Source of the DNA: Promethearchaeota archaeon
GTDB taxonomy: Archaea > Asgardarchaeota > Lokiarchaeia > Sigyniarchaeales > SOKP01
NCBI GenBank assembly: GCA_011364925.1
Contig: RDOA01000056.1
Span: 1-22,122 of the forward strand
DNA length: 22,122 nucleotides
Direction: 5' to 3'
Within the stretch, counting starts at the first letter, position 1; each line of letters opens with the position of its first letter. Of the stretch, positions 1-8,922 are shown piece by piece. The notes beneath the pieces are model-generated. The model saw nothing but the letters and a program-made list of their open reading frames with translations, made no database searches and was not told the origin of the DNA. The position numbers and the translations under genes were made by a program.

Positions 1-426
1 TGTAAACCGGGGACCACATATCGCACAAGCGATGAATGGATAATGATAATACTTAGGTAAAGAAGGATCTCTCATATCTTTGAGACAATTATCGCAGATT
101 GCTACATCCGGAGGTAAGGTTAGGCTTATCCCTTTCCCTTCTTCGCTCTTTTCAATTCGTAAATCGGTATAAATCTCGTCAATTTCAATTTCGTTAACAG
201 AAAGAGTTTCGATATACGAAATATTTGGTTTCTCTTTACCTATCCAAGATATAAATTCGTCAAGGTCTACGCGATTCCCTTGTAATTTAAGTTTAACACC
301 CGCATTACCGCGATTCAATATAATACCTTTTAAACCGTGATTCCGAGCCAAATTGTAAAGGAACGGCCTGAACCCACACCCTTGAACAATGCCAGTAATC
401 TCAATATCGTAAGTAATTTGCTTCAA
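1..426 (-). CDS. hypF: Carbamoyltransferase HypF, N-terminal part (runs off the window edge)
   Basis: Not in the ORF track. Manual translation from TTG at 426 gives MKQITYDIEITGIVQGCGFRPFLYNLA (acylphosphatase-like domain) ... PDVAICDNC ... YPFIACAICGPRFT (HypF Zn fingers). An in-frame TAG lies upstream at 460-462 with no ATG in between. Confidence 0.95.
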   Translation of the reverse strand, partial: MKQITYDIEITGIVQGCGFRPFLYNLARNHGLKGIILNRGNAGVKLKLQGNRVDLDEFISWIGKEKPNISYIETLSVNEIEIDEIYTDLRIEKSEEGKGISLTLPPDVAICDNCLKDMRDPSLPKYYHYPFIACAICGPRFT

Positions 427-564
427 GAATAACCGCGAAAATCCTTCTAGAAATTTAGACTAATCTAATAAATTATCCCTTAAAGATAAAATTAATAATT
501 TATTACAATAAGACTTATAGAATTATCAATTAATATCTAAATAATTGATACTAGTTGATGTAGA

Positions 565-1437
565 ATGGAAAAAGACGAAGTAAATTGGGATGTACCGTAT
601 CATCAAGCTTTTTTTAAAACAAGCCACAATTCATTCAATATGTCTGTACGGAAACAACTGAATCACGGTGTTAGAGGCCTTGAATACGATATTCACGACA
701 GTAGGATTCAAAAACTCGGTGATTTTGAAGTGTATCATTTACCTCGACATGTTGACGCTGCTATTAATATTGATGGAAACCCGGGGGATCTTCTGTTATC
801 AAATTGGCTTAAATTATTGAGGAATTGGTCAGATGAACAAAGCAGAGAACACGCGCCTATTACTCTTTTTATCGAATTCAAGGATTCTATCGTTGATGAG
901 AATAATGAACCAAGTGAATTGTATGGAATTAAAAGGTTAAACCAAGTAATTCTAGATGCATTGTCGCCTGATTATCTATATTCCCACGAGGATTTTAGAC
1001 ATGAGAACAAAAAATGGCCAACTGTAAGAGAATTAAAAGGTCGTGTTTTAATTGTCTTAACCAGTTATTGGGGTGGTTATTGGGCTTCTAGCGAAGGAGG
1101 TTTTGAATCTCGTTTACAATATTTAAACAATTGTTTAGAAGGGAAAGATGATGTTTGCTTTGTTTCTTGGATTGAAGAGGATAAAGGAGATCAAAAGGAT
1201 TTTATGAAAGAGAACGCTAGATTCTGGAAATGTAGCATAGAGTTAAGCACTAAGCATTATGAAGAGAATGTAAACTTACAACGCCCCACAAGAGTTGATT
1301 ACGATAAAATCCGTATGGGTCGCCATATTAAAACTTACTATGAAAAGAATTATGAAAACGGTTTTAGAGCCAATTTTTTAGCTACGGATTCAATATATAA
1401 AGAGGAGTATAACAAAGTTTTTCCTTGGTCTGTTTAA
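565..1437 (+). CDS. PI-PLC-like phosphodiesterase (PLC X-domain/TIM-barrel type)
   Basis: SHNSF, GVRGLEYDIH, VYH, PITLFIEFKD and WPTVRELKGRVLIV motifs typical of PI-PLC-like phosphodiesterases; no signal peptide. Confidence 0.75.
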   Translation: MEKDEVNWDVPYHQAFFKTSHNSFNMSVRKQLNHGVRGLEYDIHDSRIQKLGDFEVYHLPRHVDAAINIDGNPGDLLLSNWLKLLRNWSDEQSREHAPITLFIEFKDSIVDENNEPSELYGIKRLNQVILDALSPDYLYSHEDFRHENKKWPTVRELKGRVLIVLTSYWGGYWASSEGGFESRLQYLNNCLEGKDDVCFVSWIEEDKGDQKDFMKENARFWKCSIELSTKHYEENVNLQRPTRVDYDKIRMGRHIKTYYEKNYENGFRANFLATDSIYKEEYNKVFPWSV

Positions 1438-1520
1438 GATCGCTATTTGCCGATCGTTTAATATTAACATTAATTTAATCAAAAAAATGGTAGCAAAAGT
1501 TATCAAGTCTGCAAAAACTG

Positions 1521-2618
1521 CTAGTGATATTTATAGTAAATACTACAAGTCCCTTCCATAGAAACCATACAAGGTCCAATAGGGTTCAGTGGAGTGCAAG
1601 ATGTTCTAAATAATTTACATTCTGGTGGAGAAATCTTTCCAACCATTACCAAATGACACGAGCAGCCAGGAGGGATATCTTGTGATTTTCCTATCTGGAT
1701 GTTAAATTTCTTATCAGCATCATACTTTTCAAATTCTGGGCGAATTGCTAATCCACCATCGAGGATTCTTCCAATGCCCCTCCAAGGACTAGATACTGGT
1801 TCAAAAACATCGTTTATTATCTTCTGAGCAATTTTATTTCCTTCAGGTTTAACTACTCGTGAATACTCGTTCAATGTTTCGAATTTTTTATTTTTAATTT
1901 GCTGAAGAAGCATTAATATACCTAATAGTACATCGTTCGGCTCGAAACCAGCTATAACATTTGGCACTCTATATGCATCAGAGAAGATTTTAAAAGGCTC
2001 TAATCCGATAATCGTAGAAACGTGACCCGGAGAAATAAAACCATCGATTCTAAGTTGTGATTGGCTTATTAACAATTCTAAAGCTGCTGGAATCAGTTTA
2101 TAGGCGCAAATTACTGAAAAGTTTGGGGGAGGACCGTTTACGATTTCATATCCTACAGTAGGTACCGTTGTTTCAAAACCTATGGCAAAAAAAACAATTT
2201 CTTTATGAGGATTATCAATCGCTATTTTAATTGCGTCGTGAGGCCCGTATACGATCCTTACATCACCTCCTGTTGCCTTCAATTCTGCAAGTGAGAGATT
2301 AGTCGCGGGAACTCGTATCATATCACCAAATGTGGTTATAATTATATCTTTTCTTTTTCCCAGTTCGATAGCTTTATCGATATCTGCAGCGGGACAAACA
2401 CAGACTGGACAACCAGGACCGGATAAGATTTCCAAATTTTTAGGTAATAATGATCTAAGCCCGTACCTAGCAATAGTATGTTCATGTGTACCACATACAT
2501 GCATCAGCTTTAGAGGCTTATTGATTTCCCTTGCTAGGCTATTTATTGCTCGTATGACTTTGGATGTAAAATCTTTATCTCTCAAATGTTGCGTTCCAGG
2601 AATTTCCATATGTTTCAA
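1521..2618 (-). CDS. hypD: Hydrogenase formation protein HypD
   Basis: HVCGTHE, GPGCPVC, GFETT, PGHVS, GFEP motifs and C-terminal Cys cluster ending PIGPCMVSMEGTC; start may be the ATG at 2609. Confidence 0.97.
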   Translation of the reverse strand: MKHMEIPGTQHLRDKDFTSKVIRAINSLAREINKPLKLMHVCGTHEHTIARYGLRSLLPKNLEILSGPGCPVCVCPAADIDKAIELGKRKDIIITTFGDMIRVPATNLSLAELKATGGDVRIVYGPHDAIKIAIDNPHKEIVFFAIGFETTVPTVGYEIVNGPPPNFSVICAYKLIPAALELLISQSQLRIDGFISPGHVSTIIGLEPFKIFSDAYRVPNVIAGFEPNDVLLGILMLLQQIKNKKFETLNEYSRVVKPEGNKIAQKIINDVFEPVSSPWRGIGRILDGGLAIRPEFEKYDADKKFNIQIGKSQDIPPGCSCHLVMVGKISPPECKLFRTSCTPLNPIGPCMVSMEGTCSIYYKYH

Positions 2619-2624
2619 TCAATC

Positions 2625-3293
2625 TCAATTAATAATTATATGTTCTAAATTTGCGCCTGAGGTGTCAAAACATTTTATGCTATCGGATCGATTATAAGGG
2701 TAAGCAAGAAGCATGGTAAATCTCCGCCTTTTAAATATTTCGGTTAATTTCTCGTTAATAGAAAGATCACCCGATGGGCGTGATATAAAAGTTCCTTCGT
2801 ATGCGAAGTCTAGCGGAAGAGAACAAGCAGTTCCCAGAAATATAATGTCTTTTGATACATCGGAGCAAGGTCTTGATGGTAAAATATATTCAGATACGAC
2901 TCCTTTATGTACTCCTAGAATTCCTCGCATCTTTAAAGGATGTTGCTTTTGACACATATCAATTAAACCGTCAAGAAACTCTTTTTTGATTAAAATCTGA
3001 TTCATCTTCAAAGTTTCAATTAACAACAATATTTCGTCTATTACACTTAAAATTGAGGGTGTAGGTATTTGTTTCCAATCTCGAAGCGACGAGACGACAC
3101 GACCAAGCTTGAATTTTTGGCCTTTATCATTAATTAAATACGCTTTTACTTTCTTTGGATATTTGTTAAAATCAATTTCTAACAATATTCCCCCATTTAT
3201 TTTCAAAAGGAGAAGATAATTTTGTTCTCCTAAGAAAATTGCGTTCGGATATTTCTCGATAATCTTTAGGAATTCTTCCTTTCGTATATCCAT
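2625..3293 (-). CDS. Putative UBC/UEV-like domain fused to a degenerate JAB/MPN domain
   Basis: N-half LEIDFNKYP...SLRDW...PSILSVIDEI resembles the E2 fold. C-half QHPLKMRGILG...LPLD...GTFISRPSGD...LLAYPY resembles archaeal JAMM proteins, with the catalytic residues replaced. Confidence 0.55.
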   Translation of the reverse strand: MDIRKEEFLKIIEKYPNAIFLGEQNYLLLLKINGGILLEIDFNKYPKKVKAYLINDKGQKFKLGRVVSSLRDWKQIPTPSILSVIDEILLLIETLKMNQILIKKEFLDGLIDMCQKQHPLKMRGILGVHKGVVSEYILPSRPCSDVSKDIIFLGTACSLPLDFAYEGTFISRPSGDLSINEKLTEIFKRRRFTMLLAYPYNRSDSIKCFDTSGANLEHIIIN

Positions 3294-3356
3294 AATTTTT
3301 TCAAATTTTAATAATTTATTTGATTTACGATTAAAAACTCAATTTCAGTAAATATC

Positions 3357-4409
3357 TCAACAGATTCTCGGTATATTTTCTCCAATTGGCATATCCACAA
3401 ATCGAGTACCTCCTACGAGAGTATTTAAAAGTACTTTTCTAGGATGATTTGAATTCACTTCACCAATAATTACGGCATCTTTACCAATTTTAGTAGACCT
3501 AATCTTTTTTAAAATTTCATCGGCTTTGTCTGAATCTACCGACATTAAAGCTCTTCCTTCACTCGCGATTGCGTATGGATCAAGTCCGAGCATTTCGCAT
3601 ATCGCTTTGACTTGCCTTTTCAATGTTACTTTATCTTCTTCAAGTAAAATCCCCACATTTGATTTTTTAGCCCAATCGTTTAAAGCTCCTGCTATACCTC
3701 CTCTTGTTGGATCTTTCATAGCATGGATAAAATTATTATTAATTTCTTCTCTAAGAACATTGTATATTTCGAGCAGTGATCCAACATCAGAGGTCAAATC
3801 TGTTGATATATTTAATCCTTCGCGGCTAGCGATTAACGCTGTACCATGATCTCCTATACTACCCGTTATAATTATTTTATCTGCTTGCTTTAAATTATTA
3901 TCTAGTACAATAACGTTTTTATCCTTAATGCCTATTCCCGTAGTTGCCATTATCATATCGTTTAGAGTGCCCTTCGGCATTACTTTCGTATCACCGGCGA
4001 TTATTGCGACCTTTGCTTCTTTCGCCTTAAAATTAAAACTATCGATTATTTTTTCGAGTTGTTCAAATTTAAAACCCTCTTCTACGATAACAATCGAAGT
4101 GAGTGCGAGAGGTTGCGCGCCCATCATTATTAAATCGTTTATGGTACCACAAGCGCTCAGAGTCCCTAAATTTCCTCCGGGAAAAAATAAAGGATAAACT
4201 GTGTGGCCATCAGCAGTGATAACAATTTCTTTATCGTAATTTTCTAAAGGAATAGTTGCGCCGTCGTCAAGTTCTTGAACTCCAATCCCTTTATTTACGT
4301 TCTTATAAGTAATATTTTTAGTAATGAACGAAATAAGTTCTTCTTGAAGTACACCACCCGCACCGTGGGCAAGTTTAATAATCTCTGAGCTTATATTTTT
4401 CGGACTCAT
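3357..4409 (-). CDS. hypE: Hydrogenase expression/formation protein HypE
   Basis: LAHGAGG, DDGA, PLFFPGG, GDTKV, MKDPTRGG and C-terminal PRIC. Confidence 0.97.
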   Translation of the reverse strand: MSPKNISSEIIKLAHGAGGVLQEELISFITKNITYKNVNKGIGVQELDDGATIPLENYDKEIVITADGHTVYPLFFPGGNLGTLSACGTINDLIMMGAQPLALTSIVIVEEGFKFEQLEKIIDSFNFKAKEAKVAIIAGDTKVMPKGTLNDMIMATTGIGIKDKNVIVLDNNLKQADKIIITGSIGDHGTALIASREGLNISTDLTSDVGSLLEIYNVLREEINNNFIHAMKDPTRGGIAGALNDWAKKSNVGILLEEDKVTLKRQVKAICEMLGLDPYAIASEGRALMSVDSDKADEILKKIRSTKIGKDAVIIGEVNSNHPRKVLLNTLVGGTRFVDMPIGENIPRIC

Positions 4410-4505
4410 ACTAAAATGAAAGATTGGAAAATTTAAAGAATTTAGGTTATAAAATAGAATTCTAAGATAAAAAATATCTCTTAAAAATAATAGAAAAAAT
4501 CAAAT

Positions 4506-5867
4506 TTACTTATAAAATTCACATTCCTCAAGGATTTGGGAAATGTCTATTACCGGTAAGTCAGGTTTAGTTTGACTAGCGGTGAGATATAGATTGTTTT
4601 TACAAAAAACGCAAGCACTTACTAACATTTCTGCATCGGTTTCGATTGCTTCTTTTAGACGATTTTCGTTTATATTTTCCCAACAGGCAACAGTTTCATC
4701 TAATCTACTGCTAGCAATATCATTTGAGATTTCCCCATAGAGAGCCCGCACTCCTCCACCTGCACCACAACACCACGACATTTCTCTATTGTGTTTCATT
4801 TCGATTAACTTTACGCCTTCTATCATTTCTATAAGCTCTCGAGGTTCATCGTATACTCCACAATATCTCCCTAAATGGCAAGGATCGTGATAAGTAATTA
4901 TTAGTGGATCTTCTTTTGTGCGTTTAGTGTATCGGATTTTAAGACCGTTTTCTTTGGCATATTTAGAAACAAATTGAACCATATGAGTTATCTCGAATCC
5001 TAGATCACCTTTTATGAATTTTGGATATTCTGTCGTAAAAGTAGAAAAACAGCCTGCACAAGAAAAAACGATTTCTTTGACGCCTAATTCGCGAATCATA
5101 TCTACGTTGTAATGAGTTAATTGGACAGCATCATCCTCTAAACCTGTTCTAAATAATACTGAACCACAGCAATATTCATCAGGAAAAACTATGAAATTTA
5201 CGCCCATTTTATCTAATATTCTACAAGTTGCAGAACTTAGTTCATTATTTCTATAAGCAGATGTACAGCCTACGAAATAACCCACCAAGTGTTCTTCTAT
5301 ATCGCTTGGTTTTATTTCTCCAGAAGCGATTCTTCTCGAATGTTCTGCCCCCCGTTCATAAGCCATATGTCCTTCATCACAAGATTGAGTTTCACACCAA
5401 TTAAATCTATCAGTTCCGCTTTCGAGGAACGGATTTTTATTAGTATGGATGGACTTTTTAAGAACTTGTAATTTTTCTGGCATTACACCTTTCCTAACAG
5501 CAGTTCTTCTATATGTTTGGAAGACGTTTAATGTGTCTATACCCACGGGACATACCGTACGACAGTTACCACAAAGCATACACTGATATATAGCGTCTAT
5601 TATTTGATCCTTATCGAAATTTATTGCTCGTTTTTTTAATGATTTGAGTATTCTATTCCGACCTCCAGCGTAATCACGTTCAGCGTAGGTAGCATTATAA
5701 ACTCTACACACAAGGCGACAATATCCACACTGAACACAACGCTCGTAGTCTTCTTCTGCTTTAGAATCTGGTTCGACGAGATTTTTTTGGTCAGGAGCAA
5801 ACATGCCTGATACCGTAGGTCCAGAAGTCACTACTTCTTTTACATCTTCGGTTTCTTTTTCATACAT
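4506..5867 (-). CDS. Fe-S oxidoreductase, HdrD/GlpC/GlcF family (2x[4Fe-4S] + two CCG domains)
   Basis: CVQCGYCRLVC and CMLCGNCRTVCP; YFVGC..CCG..CAGC and YHDPCHLGR..CCGAGGG..CVFC. Confidence 0.9.
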   Translation of the reverse strand: MYEKETEDVKEVVTSGPTVSGMFAPDQKNLVEPDSKAEEDYERCVQCGYCRLVCRVYNATYAERDYAGGRNRILKSLKKRAINFDKDQIIDAIYQCMLCGNCRTVCPVGIDTLNVFQTYRRTAVRKGVMPEKLQVLKKSIHTNKNPFLESGTDRFNWCETQSCDEGHMAYERGAEHSRRIASGEIKPSDIEEHLVGYFVGCTSAYRNNELSSATCRILDKMGVNFIVFPDEYCCGSVLFRTGLEDDAVQLTHYNVDMIRELGVKEIVFSCAGCFSTFTTEYPKFIKGDLGFEITHMVQFVSKYAKENGLKIRYTKRTKEDPLIITYHDPCHLGRYCGVYDEPRELIEMIEGVKLIEMKHNREMSWCCGAGGGVRALYGEISNDIASSRLDETVACWENINENRLKEAIETDAEMLVSACVFCKNNLYLTASQTKPDLPVIDISQILEECEFYK

Positions 5868-5900
5868 TGTTCTTTTTACCTCCGATCATAATTATCACTT

Positions 5901-7361
5901 TTAGGCTGTTTTGTAAAGGCGTTTTGCGATCCAGAAGAGTAATCCAAGACGCCAGGATCTCATCTTCGCTTTTGTTAATCTGTACGAGTTCAGCAAATCT
6001 TCAGGATCAAGGTTATACTTCAAATTCCGCAAATAACTTGCTCTTTCAGAATTATATTTGAGAAAATATTGAGTGTTAACTACTCCTATGGTATAAAGAC
6101 TATCATTATTTCTGTAGTTGAAATTTGTTATGTCGTTAAATACTGCTTTAATCCCAAAAAATTCGCGCGAGTTAGCAATATCTGAAAGTCCAAATAATTT
6201 AATTCTATTCTCACCTTTAGTTCCTGACATTAGATAAAAAGCGTTTCGATATCTCTGTCGAGAAGTCTTTTTAATGTAGAAATCATAAAAATCTTCTAAT
6301 TTATCATCAGAGACCAAATATTCTTGAAAAATTAAATTTTGGCACCATCGTCCGACATTAACTTCTGTATCAGCTAAATCGCGCCACTTTTCTTTCAGAT
6401 ACCATCCTTCTACTGCTAATCCGTCTAAATTTGAAGCTACGTCCTTAGCAAAGGCTAGACATTGAGAAGTTACACTTGGGGTGTCTGAATAAACCGCGTA
6501 AACAAAAAACGCTCTCGCAGGATAAGTCCAATGAGCATATTTCTCGAAATTCTTATCTGAGAGCGAGAGAAAGAATGGTTTACTTGCGTCATTATCTTTC
6601 AAGGTTCGGAAAAACTTAACTGCCATTTCATATGTATGAAACCCATATCCAACATACTCCATCGATTTATTAAGCAAAGTAATTTCCATCTCAACCTCTG
6701 CAACAGCTCCGAGTATCCCGAAAGAACTAATAATGTCGTTCAACTTCAAGTCTCCTTGAGAATCTCTTGTAATCTTTTCAACAGAACCATCTGGTTTTAC
6801 AAAAACGAGAGAGCGTATTGCATTTTTCATTGGGCCATTTCTCAAAACTCCAACACCCACTTTACCAGATGTAACGATAAATCCTCCAACAATACTAGCT
6901 TTATAGCTAGTAGGATAACATTTTGGGCCCAATCCATAATCGAGAAGAGTTTCAATCAGCCTTAACCAAGAAATTCCAGCGTCACATCTAACAGTCATAT
7001 TTTTTGGATCGATATCGTGAATTTTGTCCATTCTTCGCATATCAATTACAACACCACCTCTAGTTGGTGTAGATGCAGAATAGCAAGAACTTCCTGCTCC
7101 TCGAATAGTCATAGGAATCGAAGATTCATAGCATTTTTTCATCAACTTTGAAAGTTCATCTGTGCTACCTGGACGAATAACATGCGTTGCTTTATATTCT
7201 TCTTTAAATTTATAGTGGTATTTAGGAAGCAAGGAAAGATCTCCTGTAGTAGCTTCAATATCGTAGGGATCAGTACTCACATGGGTAGGAGGAATGAATT
7301 CCTTAACTTCTTCAGTAAAATTTCCTTCTTCCCTAACTTTACTCGCATTCAATTTTTTCAC
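5901..7361 (-). CDS. FAD-binding oxidoreductase (GlcD/VAO-PCMH family), substrate unknown
   Basis: RPGSTDEL, IRGAGSS, GGVVIDM, DAGI, SIVGG motifs and C-terminal LDPEDLLN; GTG start. Confidence 0.85.
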   Translation of the reverse strand: MKKLNASKVREEGNFTEEVKEFIPPTHVSTDPYDIEATTGDLSLLPKYHYKFKEEYKATHVIRPGSTDELSKLMKKCYESSIPMTIRGAGSSCYSASTPTRGGVVIDMRRMDKIHDIDPKNMTVRCDAGISWLRLIETLLDYGLGPKCYPTSYKASIVGGFIVTSGKVGVGVLRNGPMKNAIRSLVFVKPDGSVEKITRDSQGDLKLNDIISSFGILGAVAEVEMEITLLNKSMEYVGYGFHTYEMAVKFFRTLKDNDASKPFFLSLSDKNFEKYAHWTYPARAFFVYAVYSDTPSVTSQCLAFAKDVASNLDGLAVEGWYLKEKWRDLADTEVNVGRWCQNLIFQEYLVSDDKLEDFYDFYIKKTSRQRYRNAFYLMSGTKGENRIKLFGLSDIANSREFFGIKAVFNDITNFNYRNNDSLYTIGVVNTQYFLKYNSERASYLRNLKYNLDPEDLLNSYRLTKAKMRSWRLGLLFWIAKRLYKTA

Positions 7362-7369
7362 ACCTCATA

Positions 7370-7933
7370 TTATAATAAAAGTCCTAACAAAAAGGCACCC
7401 CACCACCCAGCTAAAGTAAAATATCCCGTTAATCTTGCAAGATTTCGCTGCCCTGAAGCACCAAACAAGAAACTTGCGATACCAGTTATCAAACCCGTCG
7501 CTCCAAGCATTATATGAAGCGTATGAATCAACCCAGAGTAATTAAGAACTTCCGTAGGAGTTAAGAAAATAAGTAAAATAATGTTAATTATTGTAACTAT
7601 CAGCGCTCCTCCAGTGAAATATCCATGCCATAACACATACTTAGGTTCGTCATATAAAACAAGTATCGTTCCTATTGACAATGAGATTAATGCCGGTAAG
7701 CCTAAAATTAATCCAATATGCCAACTATTACTAGCACTATCAATTATCTCGATACCATTTGAAATCATATCAGACACGACTATGAATGTCATCACAGCTC
7801 CAAATAAAGTTATCCAAATCCATATCAAACTTTTCATTTTGCCTTGTCTTCTGAAGTTCAATGTTAATATTAGCGCAATGAATGCTACAACAGCTACAAC
7901 AGAAAGGATTATTTGTAAATCCGGTGTTAGCAT
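7370..7933 (-). CDS. Multi-pass membrane protein with His residues; C-terminal part DUF420/CtaM-like
   Basis: About 6 hydrophobic helices; WHGY, HTLHIMLG and terminal ARLTG...WW...LLG pattern reminiscent of DUF420; lies immediately downstream of heme O synthase. Confidence 0.45.
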   Translation of the reverse strand: MLTPDLQIILSVVAVVAFIALILTLNFRRQGKMKSLIWIWITLFGAVMTFIVVSDMISNGIEIIDSASNSWHIGLILGLPALISLSIGTILVLYDEPKYVLWHGYFTGGALIVTIINIILLIFLTPTEVLNYSGLIHTLHIMLGATGLITGIASFLFGASGQRNLARLTGYFTLAGWWGAFLLGLLL

Positions 7934-8004
7934 ATATTTTACCTTAATTTTTTTATTTTTAATTTTATTTAATTTGATTCGAATGAATTGTTATTTTAGT
8001 ATGA

Positions 8005-8904
8005 TTAATTAAAAACCACCCCTAAAAATACCAAAAAAAATCCAAGAATCATGTAGAGCGAAGCAATCTTAAAAATTATGAATGTAAGTTTATTTGAGGG
8101 CTTTATTAAACTTTTTACGACTAAGATTATAATTATTGCGCAACATAATCCCCAGATAATTCTAATTATTGCGTGAGCACCTAGTAATCTCGCCACTTCA
8201 TAAAGGGCGAGACTACTTATAAAGGCACCTATCGCTATAACTCGCATGGTTTGGGTCTCTGAACTCACTATTGGCCACATCGGTACGCCAGCATCTTTGT
8301 AACCTTTATAATTTTTTGGTATTAACGCTATCGTTAGGATATGAACGGGAATCCATGCTAAAACAAAGATGAGTAGTAAAAAACCAATCCAATCTAAATT
8401 TCCCAATATTGCGATCCTACCTGCCCAAGCGGGAAGTCCGCCAGCTATGCCTCCAAAAATTATGCTAAATTTAGTTCTTCTTTTTAATAAAACGGTATAC
8501 ACTACAACATCAAAGAAAAAACCGAGGAATATAATTAGCGTGGTTAACCAATTGAGCGTTAAAGATGAGAGAAGGATCCCAAGAATTGTAAGAATTATCC
8601 CAGTTATTAAAACTGTTAAAGGTGAGACTTTACCACTGGGTAAAGGACGATTCTTTGTCCGTTCCATAATCGCATCAATGTCTTTATCGATATACATATT
8701 TAAAACCGTAGTTCCTGATATTGCAAAATACAACGATAAGAACAAGAAAAGTAATTCAAGCCAATTAAATACCGTAATTTTAGTAAATGCCGTGATGAAA
8801 TAGGCCATTACTCCAGTATAGACCAAAAGGATAGTTTGTCGAGCTTTGATAAGTTCTCCAAAAAGAAAGGTGATATCTTTTAACTTCAAAACGATCCCCA
8901 TCAA
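8005..8904 (-). CDS. cyoE: Protoheme IX farnesyltransferase (heme O synthase), UbiA family
   Basis: ELIKAR, NMYIDKDIDAIMERTKNRPLPSG, VYTVLLKRRT, GGIAGGLP, WIPVH and YKDAGVPMWP motifs. Confidence 0.9.
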   Translation of the reverse strand: MMGIVLKLKDITFLFGELIKARQTILLVYTGVMAYFITAFTKITVFNWLELLFLFLSLYFAISGTTVLNMYIDKDIDAIMERTKNRPLPSGKVSPLTVLITGIILTILGILLSSLTLNWLTTLIIFLGFFFDVVVYTVLLKRRTKFSIIFGGIAGGLPAWAGRIAILGNLDWIGFLLLIFVLAWIPVHILTIALIPKNYKGYKDAGVPMWPIVSSETQTMRVIAIGAFISSLALYEVARLLGAHAIIRIIWGLCCAIIIILVVKSLIKPSNKLTFIIFKIASLYMILGFFLVFLGVVFN

Positions 8905-8922
8905 TTTTTGTTCTTATAGGAG

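Noticed and set aside
3357-3362. HypE ends Cys-UGA, suggesting possible Sec readthrough
   Set aside because: PRIC is the normal conserved HypE C-terminus, and no structured element was seen downstream
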